From the NCBI GenBank assembly GCA_026134085.1, contig JAOQIN010000020.1, positions 1 to 32,302 on the forward strand: a stretch of DNA of 32,302 nt, given 5' to 3'. Both the position numbers and the translations under genes were made by a program. Source of the stretch: Candidatus Methanoxibalbensis ujae. GTDB taxonomy: Archaea; Halobacteriota; Syntropharchaeia; Alkanophagales; Methanospirareceae. Positions 28,319-32,302 of the stretch are shown here, one piece after another (the first letter of the stretch is position 1; each line of letters begins with the position of its first letter). The notes under the pieces are model-generated. The model ran no database searches. It had not been told where the DNA came from and saw nothing but the letters and a program-made list of their open reading frames with translations.

Positions 28319-28390
28319 GCCGCTGTAGCTCAGTGGTAGAGCGGCTGACTCGTAATCAGCAGGTCGTGGGTTCAAATCCCACCAGCGGCT
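28319..28390 (+). tRNA. tRNA-Thr (anticodon CGT), no intron, CCA not encoded
   Basis: Acceptor stem GCCGCTG/CAGCGGC, D arm GCTC..GAGC, anticodon arm GCTGA-CTCGTAA-TCAGC, T arm GTGGG-TTCAAAT-CCCAC. Confidence 0.97.
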
Positions 28391-28429
28391 TGATCGGTTG
28401 CTCTTTTGTCAATGCGATGGTGATACGAG

Positions 28430-29974
28430 ATGGCGGGGGGAGAAATGACGAGCGATGTGAATGCCGGCGCAGCGGCGAAGGGACTGCCGCGTCGTGACGA
28501 TTTCAGTGATTGGTATTCTGAGATCCTGTGGCGTGCTGAGATAGTTGACACGAGGTATCCCGTGAAAGGTGTGTGTGTGTGGCAGCCGTTTGGATTCAAG
28601 ATGCGAAGTCTCATCTACAGCATATTGCGTTCTCTACTTGACGACAGCGGTCATGAGGAAGTGCTTTTCCCGCTTTTGATACCGAGGAGTGAGTTGATGA
28701 AGGAGGAGGAGCACATAAAAGGGTTTGAGGGTGAAGTTTTCTGGGTGACGAGAGGGGGATATGAGGAGCTTGATGTGCCATTGGCACTGCGACCCACATC
28801 TGAAACCGCAATATATCCCATGTTAAATCTGTGGATAAGGTCTCATCGAGACCTTCCGATCCGCATATATCAGGTTGTGAATGTCTTCAGATATGAGACA
28901 AAGCACACGAGGCCTCTTATAAGGGTTCGTGAGATAACATCTTTCAAGGAGGCGCACACCGCGCATGCGAGTCGTGAAGATGCTGAGGAGCAGGTGCATG
29001 TTGCGGTTGAGATATACAAACGCTTCTTTGACAGATTGGCAGTTCCTTATATTGTGACGGAGAGACCCGAATGGGACAAATTTCCAGGCGCAGAACGAAC
29101 AATTGCGTTTGACACACTCATGCCAGATGGCAGGACAATGCAGATAGCCACAATTCACATGCTCGGCGACAAGTTCGCACGCACATTTGATATAACATTT
29201 GAAGATTGTGATGGAAACCGAAAATTCGTGCAGCAGACGTGCTACGGAATTTCAGAGCGCTGTGTTGCGGCGGTCATCGCCGTTCATGGCGACGATCATG
29301 GCTTGGTCCTGCCGCCTGAGGTCGCGCCTGTTCAGGTTGTCATAGTTCCGATAGTGTTTTCAAGGGATGAAATGCGTGATGATGTGCTCTCAGTATGCTC
29401 TGAATTGAGAGATGCACTTGATGATGCGAACATACGCGTGGTGCTTGATGATTCAGATGAGCGACCGGGTGCAAAGTTCTATAAATGGGAGATGAAAGGG
29501 GTGCCTCTTCGCATTGAGGTTGGTCCGAGAGACCTGAAAACGGGAAAATGCGTGTTCGTCACGAGACATGACCTCAATAAATTCCATGTGAATCTCTCAA
29601 CAGAGGAAGTCGTTGGCATGGTGAGGAAAACACTCGCTCGCATATATGAGGAAATGAAAGCGAACGCGTGGCGCAGGTTCAACGATATGATAATATCGCT
29701 CTCAGCAGAAACGACAGCTGCTTCATCAGCGGAATCAGATGCATCAGATGCATCATCAGATACATCAGCATCAGATGAAGATGTGCTGTCTCTCATAGGT
29801 GCAAAAATGAGGGGTGGCATCGTAAATGTTTTCATGTGCCCCAAATGTGGGAAGGCGCTGAAGGAGCTCACAGGCGCATCCGTCCTCGGAACTCCTTTTG
29901 ATGGCAGAAAGAAAGGAAAATGTGTCGTATGCTCGCAGGAGTGCGCTGAACTGTATGTGGCAAGAACCTATTGA
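28430..29974 (+). CDS. proS: Proline--tRNA ligase (archaeal/eukaryal type)
   Basis: [65 protein letters not shown]-terminal Zn site and ARTY. Confidence 0.97.
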   Translation: MAGGEMTSDVNAGAAAKGLPRRDDFSDWYSEILWRAEIVDTRYPVKGVCVWQPFGFKMRSLIYSILRSLLDDSGHEEVLFPLLIPRSELMKEEEHIKGFEGEVFWVTRGGYEELDVPLALRPTSETAIYPMLNLWIRSHRDLPIRIYQVVNVFRYETKHTRPLIRVREITSFKEAHTAHASREDAEEQVHVAVEIYKRFFDRLAVPYIVTERPEWDKFPGAERTIAFDTLMPDGRTMQIATIHMLGDKFARTFDITFEDCDGNRKFVQQTCYGISERCVAAVIAVHGDDHGLVLPPEVAPVQVVIVPIVFSRDEMRDDVLSVCSELRDALDDANIRVVLDDSDERPGAKFYKWEMKGVPLRIEVGPRDLKTGKCVFVTRHDLNKFHVNLSTEEVVGMVRKTLARIYEEMKANAWRRFNDMIISLSAETTAASSAESDASDASSDTSASDEDVLSLIGAKMRGGIVNVFMCPKCGKALKELTGASVLGTPFDGRKKGKCVVCSQECAELYVARTY

Positions 29975-30356
29975 GAAGGCAGAATGGCTGTTTCCGGTGG
30001 AGGATTCACCTCCTGAATCAGATCGGCTTGGTGACGGTGACCGCCCACGCGCATTTTTCATCAATTTGTGCGCCTCTTCTCCGAATCCTCACCTCATCCT
30101 CTAATTCCCGCTTTGACCTCTAAGTCAAATCAATTCACACATTTCATCTCAGAATGTCCTGCATGCGGTTTGAGCTGAGCTTGAAGGTTGACAATCTCAA
30201 CTTCCATTCCTATATAGGAGGAAAAAAAGTGTTTTAGATCCCGGTATTTTCTCTATTTTATTTTTCATGTCGCTGTGTCGCACAAATGAATCAAAAACCA
30301 CATCACAATCGCATCATCTCCTGCTCGGTTGGAAGCCTGACCCTGCCTTCAAAATC

Positions 30357-31166
30357 CTAAAAAACTGCTATACCCCCATAGCCCACGACATTTGAACGCT
30401 CTCCGGTCACATCGCCGCTCGTCGCGTATTTCAGCAGCATGCCTTTTGTCGCACCGATTTTTTTTGTTGCCACGATCATTGCACCGATAGGTCCCACGCC
30501 GCATGCGGAGGAATTCACCTCTCGCACAACTCTATAAAATGCAGATACATCCAATGCGCATACAGCATCAATCACCCGTTTATCACTCTCATGTGCAACA
30601 TTTTCGGGTTTATAATGTGTGAAATCTGAGGATGCTATCACAATCACCCTCTTATTCATACTCATAATCACATCTGCAATGCAGTCTCCAACTTCTTTTG
30701 CGGTTTCTTCATCATGAATGGCCATGCAGATGGGGACGAATTTGAAATTTTTGAAAATGTGTTGGAGGAATGGAAGTTGAACCTCTATTGAATGCTCCTG
30801 AGCGTGTGCGCTTTCCTCAATGTCTATGATTGTGCCTCTCAATGCGTTTATGAACTCCTCGTCAACATGGACCTCGCCGAGCGGTGTGAGCCATGTTGTG
30901 GCGGATGTGGCGACAGCTGAGCCAGCGAGGTAGTGGTTCGGTCCGAGTATCACGAATGTATCCGCCTGCGGCATCCTCGCGTAAACAGAGGCAGCAACGC
31001 TTCCCGAGTACATATAGCCGGCATGCGGGACAACAGCACCCTTCATTTCCGCAATTACATCACGGCTCAACCCGGAGAAGCACGCATCTATCTGCCTTCT
31101 CAATGCGGATTCGCTCCCTTCATAAAATATACCTGCCACCGCAGGTCGCCTTATTCCCGCTCTCAT
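30357..31166 (-). CDS. MEMO1 family protein (AmmeMemoRadiSam protein B)
   Basis: RRPAVAGIFY, PHAGYMYSG, LGPNH, EHSIEVQLPFLQ, ASSDFTHY, SACGVGP, YATSGDVTG..VVGY. Confidence 0.93.
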   Translation of the reverse strand: MRAGIRRPAVAGIFYEGSESALRRQIDACFSGLSRDVIAEMKGAVVPHAGYMYSGSVAASVYARMPQADTFVILGPNHYLAGSAVATSATTWLTPLGEVHVDEEFINALRGTIIDIEESAHAQEHSIEVQLPFLQHIFKNFKFVPICMAIHDEETAKEVGDCIADVIMSMNKRVIVIASSDFTHYKPENVAHESDKRVIDAVCALDVSAFYRVVREVNSSACGVGPIGAMIVATKKIGATKGMLLKYATSGDVTGERSNVVGYGGIAVF

Positions 31167-31224
31167 TTGTCTCCTCCTCCCTCTCATCTCGTAGGGCGTC
31201 TGTCTCATTCAACCGCAACTGTTT

Positions 31225-31752
31225 TCAACTGCAAACGCGATCCTCATCGCCACCGCTGTTGCATCTGTTTTCTGTATTTCTGCCGCTTTTGAGAATTCTG
31301 CTTATAGGAATCTGCCACAACATCAGCTCCCTTGTGATATTTCCGTATCCTCTATCCTGCTCGTGATCGCATCTTCCGTCGCCATCTAATTCAATTACTG
31401 ATATATCATCATCCTCATCTTCATCATCATCCGAAATTTCAATTTCATCAATGTCCTCTTCATCCTCATCCACTTCCATCAGATTGACCTCATCCACGTT
31501 TATCCCCAGTCGCTCAAGCTCTCTGACCGCCTCATCCTCGCTGATTTCCTTGTGGAACGAGATGCTGTACAGGGATGCGCCATATCGCTCCCAACCCGCA
31601 TCTGCCAGTTTCTCCATTATTGTTGCAATGTGATACAGCCGCTCCTTCAACTCGTCGCCGAGCGCTCTGATCTCGTCTGGCGAGACACTCTCAAGATCTC
31701 CTATCTCCCACTCAGGCTTGCCAAAGAGGAAAATGTCAACTTCAACACCCAT
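31225..31752 (-). CDS. Hypothetical protein with acidic Asp/Glu-rich tract
   Basis: 175-aa ORF with GGAGGTG SD; globular-looking first ~90 aa, then a D/E-rich region. Confidence 0.7.
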   Translation of the reverse strand: MGVEVDIFLFGKPEWEIGDLESVSPDEIRALGDELKERLYHIATIMEKLADAGWERYGASLYSISFHKEISEDEAVRELERLGINVDEVNLMEVDEDEEDIDEIEISDDDEDEDDDISVIELDGDGRCDHEQDRGYGNITRELMLWQIPISRILKSGRNTENRCNSGGDEDRVCS

Positions 31753-32302
31753 GCCTTGGCACCTCCCCCTCGCTCATCTCACCTCTCCCTTATCTACAAC
31801 ACTCCTCAAATAAATGCAGGAAAATCTGTTAATGCTGTTCAGAGTCAGGCTGTGTCTCAACCAGACACAGCGATCATTGCTTCGTTATCTTCAGCACTGC
31901 GCGCATCCTGATGCAGCGCAGAATAAAAAAAGAATGATAAAAAAAGAATGAAGGAAAAAAGAATATGATACGGATCGTCATCTTCCGATGAGTCTATAAA
32001 AATGTTGCTGAGAGTGCCACCGCAATCGGTGGATGAATTGGGAGGAGGTGGATACTTGATCTGAAAATTATCCAACAGAGAAAACCCAGATAATCCAGAA
32101 TTACTTGATGAACTCATGCCTGAATTTCGCAATGTGTTCAGGAAGTCTCCTTCCCAGAACCCACAATGCCCGTCAGGATGAACTATAAAGAGGGATACAT
32201 CGGAAGACGGTCGGGATATCTGTCTCAGGAATTCCCGCGGCAGACTTGAAGGGAGCGATTTGGATTTTGTCTCTACAACGCAGGGGTAAGTATGACATGG
32301 GA

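Noticed and set aside
28319..28430. tRNA-Thr as an integration site
   Set aside because: No duplicated tRNA 3' end or integrase was seen; proS follows directly.
29975..30356. 380-bp gap between convergent proS and MEMO1 as an ncRNA or small gene
   Set aside because: Only short palindromes and no recognisable family or credible ORF.

Overview
Archaeal chromosomal segment. The gene set and GGAGGTGA-type Shine-Dalgarno (SD) motifs suggest a Methanomicrobia/Methanophagales(ANME-1)-like lineage; this is an inference. Most of the window is housekeeping: argJ, GGGP synthase, rps19e, PDCD5-like protein, phosphopantothenate synthetase, mptD, rimI, two radical SAM enzymes, DRG GTPase, a feoA-feoA-split feoB operon, tpiA, mfnE-like kinase, ribK-ribB, tRNA-Thr(CGT), proS and MEMO1. 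Accessory content is two eroded tnpB remnants (0.4-1.2 kb), an intact orphan CRISPR array (12 identical 30-bp repeats, 11 spacers, no cas genes in the window) and an AT-rich 2.7-kb island (19369-22084). The island is the most notable item. It reads as an IS6-family element whose two 21-bp termini enclose a decayed transposase, a divergent ribbon-helix-helix (RHH) gene remnant and cargo ORFs. Two of the cargo ORFs end in related attC-like hairpins, suggesting integron-like cassettes carried inside an IS. The last ~100 bp of the element (transposase C-terminus plus terminal repeat) are inverted between 8-bp inverted duplications, consistent with the element having inserted into its own transposase. 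Short tandem duplications are frequent across the window, including in-frame insertions in conserved enzymes. All calls come from reading the sequence; no searches were run.
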